The translations under genes were made by a program, and so were the position numbers. Of a DNA stretch of 41,977 nt, positions 17,617 through 27,925 are shown in pieces. Under the pieces are notes generated by a model that made no database searches, had not been told where the DNA came from, and saw only the letters and a list, made by a program, of their open reading frames with translations. The stretch covers positions 1 through 41,977 of the IMG/VR virus record IMGVR_UViG_2563366853_000004; one strand, given 5' to 3'. The stretch comes from a virus (taxonomy: Duplodnaviria > Heunggongvirae > Uroviricota > Caudoviricetes). Every line of letters begins with the position of its first letter. Position 1 is the stretch's first letter.

Positions 17617-17975
17617 ACGAATATCAGTTTGTGCTTCCATACCCGCCGTCGGTGAACACCTACTGGCGAAGACGGGGAAGCCAATACTACATCAGCGATA
17701 AAGGCCAGAAATACCGAAAAGACGTTCAGCAAATCATCCGCCAACTCAAGTTAGACATTTTCACCAAATCACGACTCCGCATCAAAGTCATCGCAGACGT
17801 TCCAGACTCCCGCCGCCGCGACCTCGATAACATCCTGAAAGGTTTACTCGATTCCCTTATCCACGCCGGATTTGCGGAAGACGACGAGCAATTCGATGAC
17901 ATTCGCGTAATTCGTGGTGTGAAAGTACCAGGCGGACGGCTTGGAATAAAAATCACCGAACTGGAGAACGCATGA
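17613..17975 (+). CDS. rusA: RusA-family Holliday-junction resolvase
   Basis: PDSRRRDLDNILKGLLDSLIHAGF and GGRLGIKITELENA resemble the RusA catalytic motifs (DLDN) recalled from DLP12 RusA. Confidence 0.85.
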   Translation: MNEYQFVLPYPPSVNTYWRRRGSQYYISDKGQKYRKDVQQIIRQLKLDIFTKSRLRIKVIADVPDSRRRDLDNILKGLLDSLIHAGFAEDDEQFDDIRVIRGVKVPGGRLGIKITELENA

Positions 17976-18160
17976 ACGCCACAATTCAAACGATACCAGA
18001 GCTTCTTATCCAGACACGAGGCAATCAGACCGAAGTGGCGAGGATGCTTTCCTGTGCAAGAGGAACAGTGCTCAAGTACAACCGAGACAGCAAAGGCGAG
18101 CGTCACGTAATAGTTAACGGCGTCCTGATGGTCAAACAGGGCAAGAGGGGAAGACGATGA
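17972..18160 (+). CDS. ninH: NinH-like protein
   Basis: GNQTEVARMLSCARGTVLKYNRDSKGERHVIVNGVLMV resembles lambda NinH. Confidence 0.75.
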   Translation: MNATIQTIPELLIQTRGNQTEVARMLSCARGTVLKYNRDSKGERHVIVNGVLMVKQGKRGRR

Positions 18161-18780
18161 GACTCGAAAGCGTAGCTAAATTTCATTCGCCAAAAAGCCC
18201 GATGATGAGCGACTCACCACGGGCCACGGCTTCTGACTCTCTTTCCGGTACTGATGTGATGGCTGCTATGGGGATGGCGCAATCACAAGCCGGATTCGGA
18301 ATGGCTGCATTCTGTGGTAAGCACGAACTCAGCCAGAACGACAAACAAAAGGCTATCAACTATCTTATGCAATTTGCACACAAGGTATCGGGGAAATACC
18401 GTGGTGTGGCAAAGCTTGAAGGAAATACTAAGGCAAAGGTACTGCAAGTTCTCGCAACATTCGCTTATGCGGATTATTGCCGTAGTGCCGCGACGCCGGG
18501 CGCAAGATGCAGAGATTGTCACGGTACAGGCCGTGCGGTTGATATTGCCAAAACAGAGCTGTGGGGGAGAGTTGTTGAGAAAGAATGCGGAAGATGCAAA
18601 GGTGTCGGCTATTCAAGAATGCCAGCAAGCGCCGCATATCGCGCTGTAACGATGCTAATCCCAAACCTTACCCAACCCACCTGGTCACGCACTGTTAAGC
18701 CGCTGTATGACGCTCTGGTGGTGCAATGCCACAAAGAAGAGTCAATCGCAGACAACATTTTGAATGCGGTCACACGTTAG
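18157..18780 (+). CDS. Q: Late antiterminator Q
   Basis: 207-aa translation MRLESVAKFHSPKSPMMSDSPRATASDSLSGTDVMAAMGMAQSQAGFGM… matches lambda Q. Confidence 0.95.
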   Translation: MRLESVAKFHSPKSPMMSDSPRATASDSLSGTDVMAAMGMAQSQAGFGMAAFCGKHELSQNDKQKAINYLMQFAHKVSGKYRGVAKLEGNTKAKVLQVLATFAYADYCRSAATPGARCRDCHGTGRAVDIAKTELWGRVVEKECGRCKGVGYSRMPASAAYRAVTMLIPNLTQPTWSRTVKPLYDALVVQCHKEESIADNILNAVTR

Positions 18781-18823
18781 CAGCATGATTGCCACGGATG
18801 GCAACATATTAACGGCATAATAT

Positions 18824-18851
18824 TGACTTTTTGAATAAACATGGGTAAATT
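18824..18851 (+). promoter_or_regulatory. pR' late promoter (-35 TTGACT, -10 TAAATT) with overlapping qut site
   Basis: TTGACTttttgaataaacatgggTAAATTTGAC closely matches lambda pR'. Confidence 0.85.
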
Positions 18852-18857
18852 TGACCC

Positions 18858-19052
18858 AACGATGGGTTAATTCGCTCGTTGTGGTAGTGAGATGAAAAGA
18901 GGCGGCTCTTACTACCGATTCCGCCTAGTTGGTCACTTCGACGTATCGTCTGGAACTCCAACCATCGCAGGCTGAGAGGTCTGCAAAATGCAATCCCGAA
19001 ACAGTTCGCAGGTAATAGTTAGAGCCTGCATAACGGTTTCTGGATTTTTTAT
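18858..19052 (+). ncRNA. 6S-type short late leader RNA, pR' to tR' (approximate ends)
   Basis: Sequence from the pR' start to the tR' hairpin is lambda-like. Confidence 0.6.
18993..19052 (+). terminator. tR' intrinsic terminator (Q-antiterminated)
   Basis: ATCCCGAAAC…GTTTCTGGATTTTTTAT; long stem with U-tract; one stem position differs from lambda (CTGG for CGGG). Confidence 0.75.
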
Positions 19053-19563
19053 GTCTGTGCAACAGGTAAGAGCATTCTCCCTTATGGGGCTTGGCTTAAA
19101 TGCACCGAGTGCTCTTACCTTTGTGATGAATGCACAGGCTGATGTGCCGCAACTACAGTAGTGCGCGCTTTGCGGGGCTTGCTACAACCCTGAGTCGGAG
19201 TTCAGCACCGACCATCACAACGCAACGTTAAGAGTATTTGGCTAATTAAGCGAATGCCGGAAGCAGAACCGGATCACCAAATGCGTACAGGCGTCATCGC
19301 CGACCAGCAACAGCACAACCCAAACTGAGCCGTAGCCACTGGCTATCCTGGATTCATCAGTGATAGTTATGCTGCGGCCTTCTACACATGACCTTCGTGA
19401 AAGCGGGTGGCAAGAGGCTGCGCTAACAACCTCCTGCCGTTTTGCCCGTGCATATCGGTCACGAACAAATCTGATTACTAAACACAGTAGCCTGGATTTG
19501 TTCTATCAGTAATCGACCTTATTCCTAATTAAATAGAGCAAATCCCCTTATTGGGGGTAAGAC

Positions 19564-19887
19564 ATGAAGATGCCAGAAAAACATGACCTGTTAGCCGCCA
19601 TTCTCGCGGCAAAGGAACAAGGCATCGGGGCAATCCTTGCGTTTGCAATGGCGTACCTTCGCGGCAGATATAATGGCGGTGCGTTTACAAAAACAGTAAT
19701 CGACGCAACGATGTGCGCCATTATCGCCTGGTTCATTCGTGACCTTCTCGACTTCGCCGGACTAAGTAGCAATCTCGCTTATATAACGAGCGTGTTTATC
19801 GGCTACATCGGTACTGACTCGATTGGTTCGCTTATCAAACGCTTCGCTGCTAAAAAAGCAGGAGTAGAAGATGGTGGAAATCAATAA
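19564..19887 (+). CDS. S: Holin/antiholin S (dual-start MKM motif)
   Basis: [62 protein letters not shown]… matches lambda S. Confidence 0.95.
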   Translation: MKMPEKHDLLAAILAAKEQGIGAILAFAMAYLRGRYNGGAFTKTVIDATMCAIIAWFIRDLLDFAGLSSNLAYITSVFIGYIGTDSIGSLIKRFAAKKAGVEDGGNQ

Positions 19888-20347
19888 TCAACGTAAGGCG
19901 TTCCTCGATATGCTGGCGTGGTCAGAGGGAACTGATAACGGACGTCAGAAAACCAGAAATCATGGTTATGACGTCATTGTTGGCGGGGAGCTATTCACTG
20001 ATTACTCCGATCACCCTCGTAAACTTGTCACGCTAAACCCCAAACTCAAATCAACAGCAGCCGGGCGTTACCAGCTTCTTTCCCGTTGGTGGGATGCCTA
20101 TCGTAAGCAGCTTGGCCTGAAAGACTTCTCTCCGAAAAGCCAGGACGCCGTGGCACTGCAACAGATTAAAGAACGTGGCGCTTTACCGATGATTGATCGC
20201 GGTGATATTCGTCAGGCAATTGACCGTTGCAGCAATATCTGGGCTTCACTGCCGGGCGCTGGTTATGGTCAGTTCGAGCATAAGGCTGACAGCCTGATTA
20301 CAAAATTTAAAGAAGCAGGCGGAACGGTCAGAGAGATTGATGTATGA
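19871..20347 (+). CDS. R: Endolysin R (lytic transglycosylase)
   Basis: [53 protein letters not shown]… matches lambda R. Confidence 0.95.
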   Translation: MVEINNQRKAFLDMLAWSEGTDNGRQKTRNHGYDVIVGGELFTDYSDHPRKLVTLNPKLKSTAAGRYQLLSRWWDAYRKQLGLKDFSPKSQDAVALQQIKERGALPMIDRGDIRQAIDRCSNIWASLPGAGYGQFEHKADSLITKFKEAGGTVREIDV

Positions 20348-20781
20348 GCAGAGTCACCGCAATTATCTCCGCTCTGGTTATTTGCATCATCGTCTGCCTG
20401 TCGTGGGCTGTTAATCATTACCGTGATAACGCCATTACCTATAAAGAACAGCGCGATAAAGCCAGGTACATCATCGCTGACATGCAGAAGCGTCAACGTG
20501 ATGTAGCAGAACTTGACGCCAGATACACAAAGGAGCTTGCTGATGCTAATGCGACTATCGAAAGTCTCCGTGCTGATGTTTCTGCTGGTCGTAAGCGCCT
20601 GCAAGTCGCCGCCACCTGTGCAAAGTCAACGACCGGAGCCAGCAGCATGGGCGATGGAGAAAGCCCAGGACTTACAGCAGATGCTGAACTCAATTATTAC
20701 CGTCTCCGAAGTGGAATCGACAAGATAACCGCGCAGGTTAACTACCTGCAGGAATACATCAGGACGCAATGCCTTCGATGA
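20344..20781 (+). CDS. Rz: i-spanin Rz (lambda-like N-terminus, divergent C-terminal half)
   Basis: [34 protein letters not shown]… matches lambda Rz at the N-terminus. Confidence 0.85.
   Translation: MSRVTAIISALVICIIVCLSWAVNHYRDNAITYKEQRDKARYIIADMQKRQRDVAELDARYTKELADANATIESLRADVSAGRKRLQVAATCAKSTTGASSMGDGESPGLTADAELNYYRLRSGIDKITAQVNYLQEYIRTQCLR
20543..20728 (+). CDS. Rz1: o-spanin Rz1 lipoprotein, embedded in the +1 frame of Rz
   Basis: Embedded ORF with lipobox-like LLVVSAC and a Pro-rich segment ([13 protein letters not shown]); start at 20543 or 20549. Confidence 0.6.
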   Translation: MLMRLSKVSVLMFLLVVSACKSPPPVQSQRPEPAAWAMEKAQDLQQMLNSIITVSEVESTR

Positions 20782-21229
20782 TAGCGATAATTTTACTCAT
20801 CATCCTTCACATCTGGCTCTGTAGACAGGGTGGTGATCACTTCTGGAGTGAATCCAGATTAAACATCTCATTGCTGATGCTTGAAGTTGAGCATCTGGCG
20901 CGCGGTAAGGGGCTGCGTTGAGATAAGAGCCAGTTCATTACAAAGCCTATCTACGGGTGGGCTTGATAATGAAACCGGAGTTAATTTCTGGTCACTAATT
21001 AACGGCAGTACAGCGAAACAACCCAAGCCAGTAAGTGGGGAAATAACACTGGCAGCCACTGAAAGATGAACCTCCTGCCTTATGGCAAAAAAGATTCTTT
21101 GTGGTGGCGGACTGATGGAAAGACATCGGTTATTGCAGAGGCCATTCAATGAGTGGTCTCGACAATGGCTTATACCCTACACGGGATAACTTAACTGATA
21201 TCCCTTTTAACGGATAAACGGAGCCAACA

Positions 21230-21472
21230 ATGGCAGAGATTATTCCCATGACTGAAGAACAGAAATTCCAGTTAGAGATTTACAAACTGGTCATGAACCA
21301 GAACGCAGCCGCAGAGGAAGCATTTCAATTCATTGGCACTGACGAGCTGAAGCTTGAGCTATTCAAAATTCACTTCCAGTCAGGCGGCGCTAATTCAGAT
21401 ATCACGATCCGCACATTTGAAGCGGTGCGTAAATCGAAGGAAGCGTTAGACCTGTTCACTACCGGAGCATAA
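21230..21472 (+). CDS. Hypothetical small protein upstream of the terminase genes
   Basis: 80-aa ORF with GGAG 7 nt upstream; not recognised. Confidence 0.5.
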   Translation: MAEIIPMTEEQKFQLEIYKLVMNQNAAAEEAFQFIGTDELKLELFKIHFQSGGANSDITIRTFEAVRKSKEALDLFTTGA

Positions 21473-21551
21473 ACATGGCAACTCAAGGTTTCGACAACCC
21501 ATCCAAATTCCGCGATGAATGGGATAAGCAAGCAGAAGGGAAATAATCAAT

Positions 21552-21977
21552 ATGGCGACTGAGAAAAAGAATGTCGGTCGCCCTTCGGATTACCTGCCGG
21601 AGGTGGCTGATGATATCTGTGCGCTGCTTGCCTCCGGGGAAAGTCTGGTTAAGGTTTGCAAGCGCCCCGGCATGCCAGCAAAGGCTACTGTATTTCGCTG
21701 GCTGTCAGAGCATGAAGAATTTAGAGACAAGTACGCGAAGGCAACTGAGGCACGAGCTGATTCTATTTTCGAAGAGATATTCGAAATTGCTGACACTGCG
21801 ATTCCAGATGCTGCTGAGGTGGCAAAGGCAAGACTTCGCGTTGATACCCGCAAATGGGCGCTGGCCCGAATGAATCCCCGTAAGTATGGCGACAAGGTAA
21901 CTAACGAGCTTGTCGGCAAAGACGGCGGCGCAATCCAGATTGAAACATCACCGATGAGCACTCTATTCGGAAAATGA
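21552..21977 (+). CDS. Terminase small subunit (Sf6 gp1-like)
   Basis: MATEKKNVGRPSDYLPEVADDICALLASGESLVKVCKRPGMPAKATVFRWL… closely matches Sf6-type TerS as I recall it. Confidence 0.8.
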   Translation: MATEKKNVGRPSDYLPEVADDICALLASGESLVKVCKRPGMPAKATVFRWLSEHEEFRDKYAKATEARADSIFEEIFEIADTAIPDAAEVAKARLRVDTRKWALARMNPRKYGDKVTNELVGKDGGAIQIETSPMSTLFGK

Positions 21978-23386
21978 CCTCGATTAATCCTATCTTTGAA
22001 CCGTTCATTGAGGCGCATCGCTACAAAGTCGCCAAAGGCGGTCGAGGTAGCGGTAAGTCATGGGCAATTGCTAGGCTGCTTGTTGAGGCGGCGCGTCGTC
22101 AGCCAGTGCGTATTCTCTGCGCTCGTGAACTGCAAAACAGTATCAGCGATTCGGTAATCCGGTTGCTTGAAGATACCATCGAGCGTGAAGGGTATTCGGC
22201 CGAGTTTGAAATTCAGCGTTCAATGATTCGTCATCTCGGAACGAATGCTGAATTCATGTTCTACGGCATCAAAAACAACCCGACGAAGATTAAATCGCTC
22301 GAAGGCATTGATATCTGCTGGGTGGAAGAAGCGGAAGCGGTAACGAAGGAATCATGGGATATCCTGATACCGACCATCCGTAAGCCGTTCTCTGAAATAT
22401 GGGTGAGTTTTAACCCGAAGAACATCCTCGACGATACCTATCAGCGATTCGTTGTAAATCCTCCCGATGATATTTGCCTGCTGACGGTGAACTACACCGA
22501 CAACCCGCATTTTCCTGAAGTTCTCCGTCTTGAGATGGAAGAGTGTAAACGCAGAAATCCGACACTGTATCGTCACATCTGGCTTGGTGAGCCAGTAAGC
22601 GCAAGTGATATGGCAATCATCAAACGTGAATGGCTTGAAGCCGCAACCGATGCGCACAAGAAACTCGGATGGAAAGCGAAAGGCGCTGTTGTTTCTGCAC
22701 ATGACCCGTCAGATACAGGGCCAGATGCTAAAGGTTATGCATCGCGTCACGGTTCGGTAGTTAAGCGCATTGCCGAAGGTCTGCTGATGGACATCAACGA
22801 GGGTGCTGACTGGGCTACTTCGCTGGCGATTGAAGACGGCGCTGACCATTACCTGTGGGATGGTGATGGTGTTGGTGCCGGGCTACGCAGACAGACAACG
22901 GAAGCGTTCTCCGGCAAGAAAATCACCGCCACGATGTTCAAGGGCAGCGAATCGCCATTCGATGAAGATGCACCGTATCAGGCCGGAGCATGGGCCGATG
23001 AAGTCGTACAGGGCGACAACGTTCGCACTATTGGCGATGTATTCCGCAATAAGCGAGCGCAATTCTATTACGCGCTGGCTGACAGGCTGTATCTGACATA
23101 TCGGGCGGTTGTTTACGGTGAGTATGCAGACCCCGACGACATGCTGAGTTTCGACAAAGAAGCGATAGGCGAGAAGATGCTGGAGAAGCTGTTTGCAGAA
23201 CTGACGCAGATTCAGCGCAAATTCAATAACAACGGGAAGCTGGAGCTAATGACTAAGGTCGAAATGAAGCAGAAGCTCGGTATTCCATCTCCTAACCTGG
23301 CAGATGCGCTGATGATGTGTATGCATTGCCCGGCATTGGTCCGCGAAGAAACAGAAATATACGTTCCCTCATCCTCCGGTTGGTAA
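21974..23386 (+). CDS. Terminase large subunit (Sf6 gp2-like, headful packaging)
   Basis: 470-aa ORF; Walker A-like GGRGSGKSWA near the N-terminus; ATGA coupling to terS. Confidence 0.85.
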   Translation: MTSINPIFEPFIEAHRYKVAKGGRGSGKSWAIARLLVEAARRQPVRILCARELQNSISDSVIRLLEDTIEREGYSAEFEIQRSMIRHLGTNAEFMFYGIKNNPTKIKSLEGIDICWVEEAEAVTKESWDILIPTIRKPFSEIWVSFNPKNILDDTYQRFVVNPPDDICLLTVNYTDNPHFPEVLRLEMEECKRRNPTLYRHIWLGEPVSASDMAIIKREWLEAATDAHKKLGWKAKGAVVSAHDPSDTGPDAKGYASRHGSVVKRIAEGLLMDINEGADWATSLAIEDGADHYLWDGDGVGAGLRRQTTEAFSGKKITATMFKGSESPFDEDAPYQAGAWADEVVQGDNVRTIGDVFRNKRAQFYYALADRLYLTYRAVVYGEYADPDDMLSFDKEAIGEKMLEKLFAELTQIQRKFNNNGKLELMTKVEMKQKLGIPSPNLADALMMCMHCPALVREETEIYVPSSSGW

Positions 23387-23388
23387 AC

Positions 23389-25515
23389 ATGGCAGAGACA
23401 TTAGAGAAAAAACATGAGCGGATCATGCTCAGGTTTGACCGCGCCTATTCTCCACAGAAGGAAGTGCGCGAAAAGTGCATTGAAGCTACGAGGTTTGCTC
23501 GTGTCCCCGGAGGTCAATGGGAAGGAGCAACGGCGGCTGGAACTAAGCTTGATGAGCAGTTCGAGAAGTATCCTAAGTTTGAAATCAATAAGGTAGCAAC
23601 TGAACTTAACCGCATCATTGCAGAATACCGCAATAACAGAATCACTGTTAAGTTTCGTCCTGGTGACAGAGAGGCAAGCGAAGAGCTAGCCAATAAATTA
23701 AATGGTCTGTTCCGTGCTGACTACGAAGAAACTGATGGCGGTGAGGCTTGCGATAATGCATTTGACGACGCTGCTACTGGTGGTTTCGGTTGCTTCCGTT
23801 TGACGTCGATGCTGGTCAATGAATACGACCCCATGGACGATCGTCAGCGTATTGCTATTGAACCAATATACGACCCGTCGCGCTCTGTGTGGTTTGACCC
23901 TGACGCTAAGAAGTACGACAAATCTGACGCGTTGTGGGCGTTCTGCATGTATTCGTTGTCACCTGAAAAATATGAGGCTGAATACGGGAAGAAACCTCCT
24001 GCTTCTCTGGATGTAACGTCTATGACCAGTTGGGAATATGACTGGTTTGATGAAGATGTTATTTACATAGCGAAGTATTACGAAGTTCGTAAAGAGTCTG
24101 TTGACGTCATCAGTTATCGACATCCAATCACTGGAGAGATTGCAACATACGACAGTGATCAGGTTGAAGATATTGAAGATGAACTGGCAATAGCTGGATT
24201 TCATGAAGTGGCAAGGCGCTCAGTGAAGCGCCGTCGTGTGTATGTATCCGTAGTGGATGGTGATGGTTTCCTTGAGAAACCTCGACGTATTCCTGGTGAA
24301 CATATCCCCCTCATCCCGGTTTATGGAAAACGCTGGTTCATTGATGACATTGAGCGTGTCGAAGGGCATATTGCAAAAGCAATGGATCCACAGCGTTTGT
24401 ACAACCTTCAGGTATCAATGCTGGCTGATACTGCAGCGCAAGACCCCGGTCAGATCCCTATAGTTGGCATGGAGCAAATTCGTGGACTTGAGAAGCACTG
24501 GGAGGCTCGCAACAAGAAACGACCAGCGTTCTTGCCGTTGCGCGAAGTGAGAGATAAATCTGGCAACATCATCGCTGGAGCTACCCCGGCAGGATATACA
24601 CAGCCCGCGGTTATGAATCAGGCATTGGCTGCATTACTACAGCAAACCAGTGCTGATATTCAGGAGGTTACAGGCGGCAGTCAGGCCATGCAGCAGATGC
24701 CAAGTAATATTGCTCAGGAAACGGTTAACAACTTGATGAACAGAGCAGATATGGCTTCGTTTATCTATCTGGACAATATGGCGAAAAGTCTTAAACGCGC
24801 TGGTGAAGTATGGCTGTCAATGGCTCGTGAAGTGTACGGTTCAGAGCGTGAAGTGCGCATCGTTAACGAAGATGGAAGTGATGATATCGCTGTCATGAGC
24901 GCACAGGTTGTTGACAGGCAAACAGGGGCTGTTGTTGCGTTAAATGACCTTTCTGTCGGTCGATACGATGTGACGGTTGATGTTGGACCAAGCTACACAG
25001 CACGACGTGATGCAACGGTTTCTGTACTGACAAATGTCCTTAGCTCTATGCTTCCAACAGACCCAATGCGCCCGGCAATTCAGGGTATTATTCTGGACAA
25101 TATCGATGGCGAAGGCCTTGATGACTTCAAAGAGTACAACCGAAACCAACTGCTGATATCTGGTATTGCAAAACCACGCAATGAGAAAGAGCAGCAGATT
25201 GTTCAACAGGCGCAAATGGCAGCACAAAGCCAGCCAAATCCTGAAATGGTTCTCGCTCAGGCGCAAATGGTAGCAGCGCAGGCAGAAGCGCAAAAAGCAA
25301 CTAACGAAACTGCTCAAACTCAAATCAAAGCATTTACTGCCCAGCAGGATGCGATGGAGAGTCAGGCAAACACTGTCTATAAACTGGCTCAAGCCAGAAA
25401 CATCGATGACAAAGCAGTGATGGAGGCAATACGCCTTCTGAAAGATGTCGCCGAGTCACAACAACAGCAATTCCAGTCACCACCACAGTCTCCGGCAGAC
25501 TTAATGCCGAGTTAA
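23389..25515 (+). CDS. Portal protein (P22 gp1 / Sf6 gp3-like)
   Basis: 708-aa ORF from ATG 23389 (MAETLEKKHERIML…), directly after terL; length and position as in P22-like phages. Confidence 0.8.
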   Translation: MAETLEKKHERIMLRFDRAYSPQKEVREKCIEATRFARVPGGQWEGATAAGTKLDEQFEKYPKFEINKVATELNRIIAEYRNNRITVKFRPGDREASEELANKLNGLFRADYEETDGGEACDNAFDDAATGGFGCFRLTSMLVNEYDPMDDRQRIAIEPIYDPSRSVWFDPDAKKYDKSDALWAFCMYSLSPEKYEAEYGKKPPASLDVTSMTSWEYDWFDEDVIYIAKYYEVRKESVDVISYRHPITGEIATYDSDQVEDIEDELAIAGFHEVARRSVKRRRVYVSVVDGDGFLEKPRRIPGEHIPLIPVYGKRWFIDDIERVEGHIAKAMDPQRLYNLQVSMLADTAAQDPGQIPIVGMEQIRGLEKHWEARNKKRPAFLPLREVRDKSGNIIAGATPAGYTQPAVMNQALAALLQQTSADIQEVTGGSQAMQQMPSNIAQETVNNLMNRADMASFIYLDNMAKSLKRAGEVWLSMAREVYGSEREVRIVNEDGSDDIAVMSAQVVDRQTGAVVALNDLSVGRYDVTVDVGPSYTARRDATVSVLTNVLSSMLPTDPMRPAIQGIILDNIDGEGLDDFKEYNRNQLLISGIAKPRNEKEQQIVQQAQMAAQSQPNPEMVLAQAQMVAAQAEAQKATNETAQTQIKAFTAQQDAMESQANTVYKLAQARNIDDKAVMEAIRLLKDVAESQQQQFQSPPQSPADLMPS

Positions 25516-25528
25516 CCAGGAGTAATCA

Positions 25529-26413
25529 ATGGAAAACGAACTGATCATCGACGGTCAGGTTATTGGCCTGTCTGAAACACAGGAAAATGCAGAAGAAACC
25601 ATCATCCAAACAGAGTCACAGCCTGAGAATGAAAGCCAGGATGACAACGGTAAAGAGGTGGCAACTGAGCCTGAAAAAACCGAAGAGACACCAGAAGATT
25701 ACGCCTTGCGTATTGGTGATGAAGAAATTCAGCTGAACGCTGACGATGATGATCACATTGACGGGCAACCTGCACCGCAATGGGTGAAAGATCTTCGCAA
25801 AGGCTTCAAAGAAACACAGAAAGAAAACCGTGAGTTGCGCCGCCAGCTTGAGGAAGCATTAGCCAAGCCTGCGGAACATCAGCAACCACAACCAGACGCT
25901 ATTCCACCAAAACCGACTCTTGAGTCGTGTGATTATGACGAACAGGCGTTTGAACAGGCATTGACTGATTGGCATGAGAAAAAAGGCCGTGTCGAACAGC
26001 AGCAGCAACAAAAACTACGTCAGCAACAGGAATACCAACAGCGTTTCCAGCAAAGGGTAGAAGCGCATAAACAACGGGCAGCCAAACTTCCTGTGAAAGA
26101 TTATCAGGAAATGGAGGCCATTGTTCTTAGTGAGCTACCACCAATTCAGCAGGAAATCATCATTCACTGTGCAGACGAAGGCTCTGAACTACTCGCCTAT
26201 GGCTTAGGTAAGAGCCAGCAATTACGCCAGCGTGTAGCCGCTGAGACAGATCCAATTCGCGCAGCATTCCTCTTGGGGCAGATTAGCAAACAGGTAAGCC
26301 TTGCTCCAAAACCAAAGAAAGCCATCAAGCCAGAGCCGGAAGTACGTGGTGGCGGTGCTGATGCGAAACAAGACGAATTCAACAAATTATGCCCCGGCGC
26401 AAAAATCGAATAA
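25529..26413 (+). CDS. Scaffolding protein
   Basis: 294-aa acidic, Gln-rich, coiled-coil-like protein between portal and coat; AGGAG SD. Confidence 0.7.
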   Translation: MENELIIDGQVIGLSETQENAEETIIQTESQPENESQDDNGKEVATEPEKTEETPEDYALRIGDEEIQLNADDDDHIDGQPAPQWVKDLRKGFKETQKENRELRRQLEEALAKPAEHQQPQPDAIPPKPTLESCDYDEQAFEQALTDWHEKKGRVEQQQQQKLRQQQEYQQRFQQRVEAHKQRAAKLPVKDYQEMEAIVLSELPPIQQEIIIHCADEGSELLAYGLGKSQQLRQRVAAETDPIRAAFLLGQISKQVSLAPKPKKAIKPEPEVRGGGADAKQDEFNKLCPGAKIE

Positions 26414-26424
26414 GGAAAAGATAA

Positions 26425-27696
26425 ATGCCTAACAATCTCGACAGTAACGTCAGTCAAATCGTTCTGAAAAAATTCCTTCCGGGTTTTATGTCAGATTTAG
26501 TTCTGGCGAAAACCGTAGACCGTCAGTTGCTGGCAGGTGAAATCAACTCCAGCACTGGCGATAGCGTTAGCTTTAAACGTCCGCATCAATTCTCATCCCT
26601 CCGTACTCCCACTGGTGATATTTCAGGGCAAAATAAAAACAACCTGATCTCAGGTAAAGCTACGGGGCGTGTAGGTAACTACATCACTGTTGCTGTTGAA
26701 TATCAGCAACTGGAGGAAGCGATCAAGCTTAACCAACTGGAAGAAATTCTCGCGCCGGTTCGCCAGCGAATCGTTACCGACCTTGAAACAGAGCTTGCTC
26801 ACTTCATGATGAATAACGGTGCGTTGTCACTTGGTAGCCCCAATACTCCAATCACCAAATGGTCTGATGTTGCGCAGACGGCATCTTTCCTGAAAGACCT
26901 CGGCGTTAATGAAGGTGAAAACTATGCTGTAATGGATCCATGGTCTGCACAGCGACTTGCTGATGCGCAGACTGGTTTGCACGCTTCAGATCAATTGGTT
27001 CGTACTGCATGGGAGAATGCGCAGATTCCAACCAATTTTGGCGGCATTCGCGCACTGATGTCTAATGGGCTTGCCTCTCGTACGCAGGGGGCATTTGGCG
27101 GAACACTGACAGTCAAAACACAGCCAACTGTTACCTATAACGCAGTTAAAGACTCATACCAGTTCACTGTAACATTGACCGGAGCGACAGCCAGCGTTAC
27201 AGGTTTTCTGAAAGCTGGTGATCAGGTTAAATTCACCAATACCTACTGGCTGCAACAGCAGACCAAACAGGCGTTGTATAACGGAGCCACACCAATTAGC
27301 TTCACTGCAACGGTTACTGCTGATGCTAATTCAGACAGCAGTGGCGATGTGACGGTTACGCTTTCTGGTGTTCCGATTTATGACACTACAAACCCGCAGT
27401 ACAACTCTGTAAGTCGTCAGGTAGCGGCAGGCGATGCCGTATCTGTGGTAGGCACTGCTAGCCAGACAATGAAGCCAAACCTGTTCTATAACAAGTTCTT
27501 CTGTGGACTTGGCTCTATCCCACTACCGAAACTGCACAGTATTGATTCTGCTGTTGCAACATATGAAGGTTTCTCCATCCGCGTACATAAATACGCAGAT
27601 GGCGATGCCAACGTGCAAAAAATGCGCTTCGACTTACTGCCTGCATATGTGTGCTTTAACCCTCACATGGGCGGTCAGTTCTTCGGTAATCCGTAA
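26425..27696 (+). CDS. Major coat protein (P22/Sf6-type)
   Basis: 423-aa ORF downstream of the scaffold gene; followed by a strong terminator. Confidence 0.8.
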   Translation: MPNNLDSNVSQIVLKKFLPGFMSDLVLAKTVDRQLLAGEINSSTGDSVSFKRPHQFSSLRTPTGDISGQNKNNLISGKATGRVGNYITVAVEYQQLEEAIKLNQLEEILAPVRQRIVTDLETELAHFMMNNGALSLGSPNTPITKWSDVAQTASFLKDLGVNEGENYAVMDPWSAQRLADAQTGLHASDQLVRTAWENAQIPTNFGGIRALMSNGLASRTQGAFGGTLTVKTQPTVTYNAVKDSYQFTVTLTGATASVTGFLKAGDQVKFTNTYWLQQQTKQALYNGATPISFTATVTADANSDSSGDVTVTLSGVPIYDTTNPQYNSVSRQVAAGDAVSVVGTASQTMKPNLFYNKFFCGLGSIPLPKLHSIDSAVATYEGFSIRVHKYADGDANVQKMRFDLLPAYVCFNPHMGGQFFGNP

Positions 27697-27702
27697 TAAC
27701 AA

Positions 27703-27724
27703 GGGGGCTTACGCCCCTTTTATG
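27703..27724 (+). terminator. Intrinsic terminator/attenuator after the coat gene
   Basis: GGGGGCTTACGCCCC hairpin followed by TTTTATGTTTT. Confidence 0.6.
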
Positions 27725-27739
27725 TTTTAAGGAAACAAT

Positions 27740-27925
27740 ATGGATCGCATGAGTGTATTCCTTGCCGCAGATAACGAATCAGGACATGTACAGGCCGTTA
27801 TCGCAGAAAAAGACTTCCAGTTTTTCGAAAAGTTGGGCTTTGTTGCCTCAGTTGATGAATTGAAACCGACCAGTAAGCGAGGTCGTAAGGCGGCAGACAA
27901 TGGCAACAGTACTGACAAAGGGTGA
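27740..27925 (+). CDS. Small hypothetical protein
   Basis: 61-aa ORF with AAGGA SD between coat and gp4-like gene. Confidence 0.4.
   Translation: MDRMSVFLAADNESGHVQAVIAEKDFQFFEKLGFVASVDELKPTSKRGRKAADNGNSTDKG

Noticed and set aside
20782-21551. cos site and Nu1/A lambda packaging genes
   Set aside because: No Nu1-like start or cos-like sequence found; the terminase genes are P22/Sf6-type, implying headful packaging.
22352-25392. Antisense ORFs within terL and portal (for example 22352..22702 and 24940..25392)
   Set aside because: Embedded in strongly supported structural genes; Cys/Arg-rich antisense translations.
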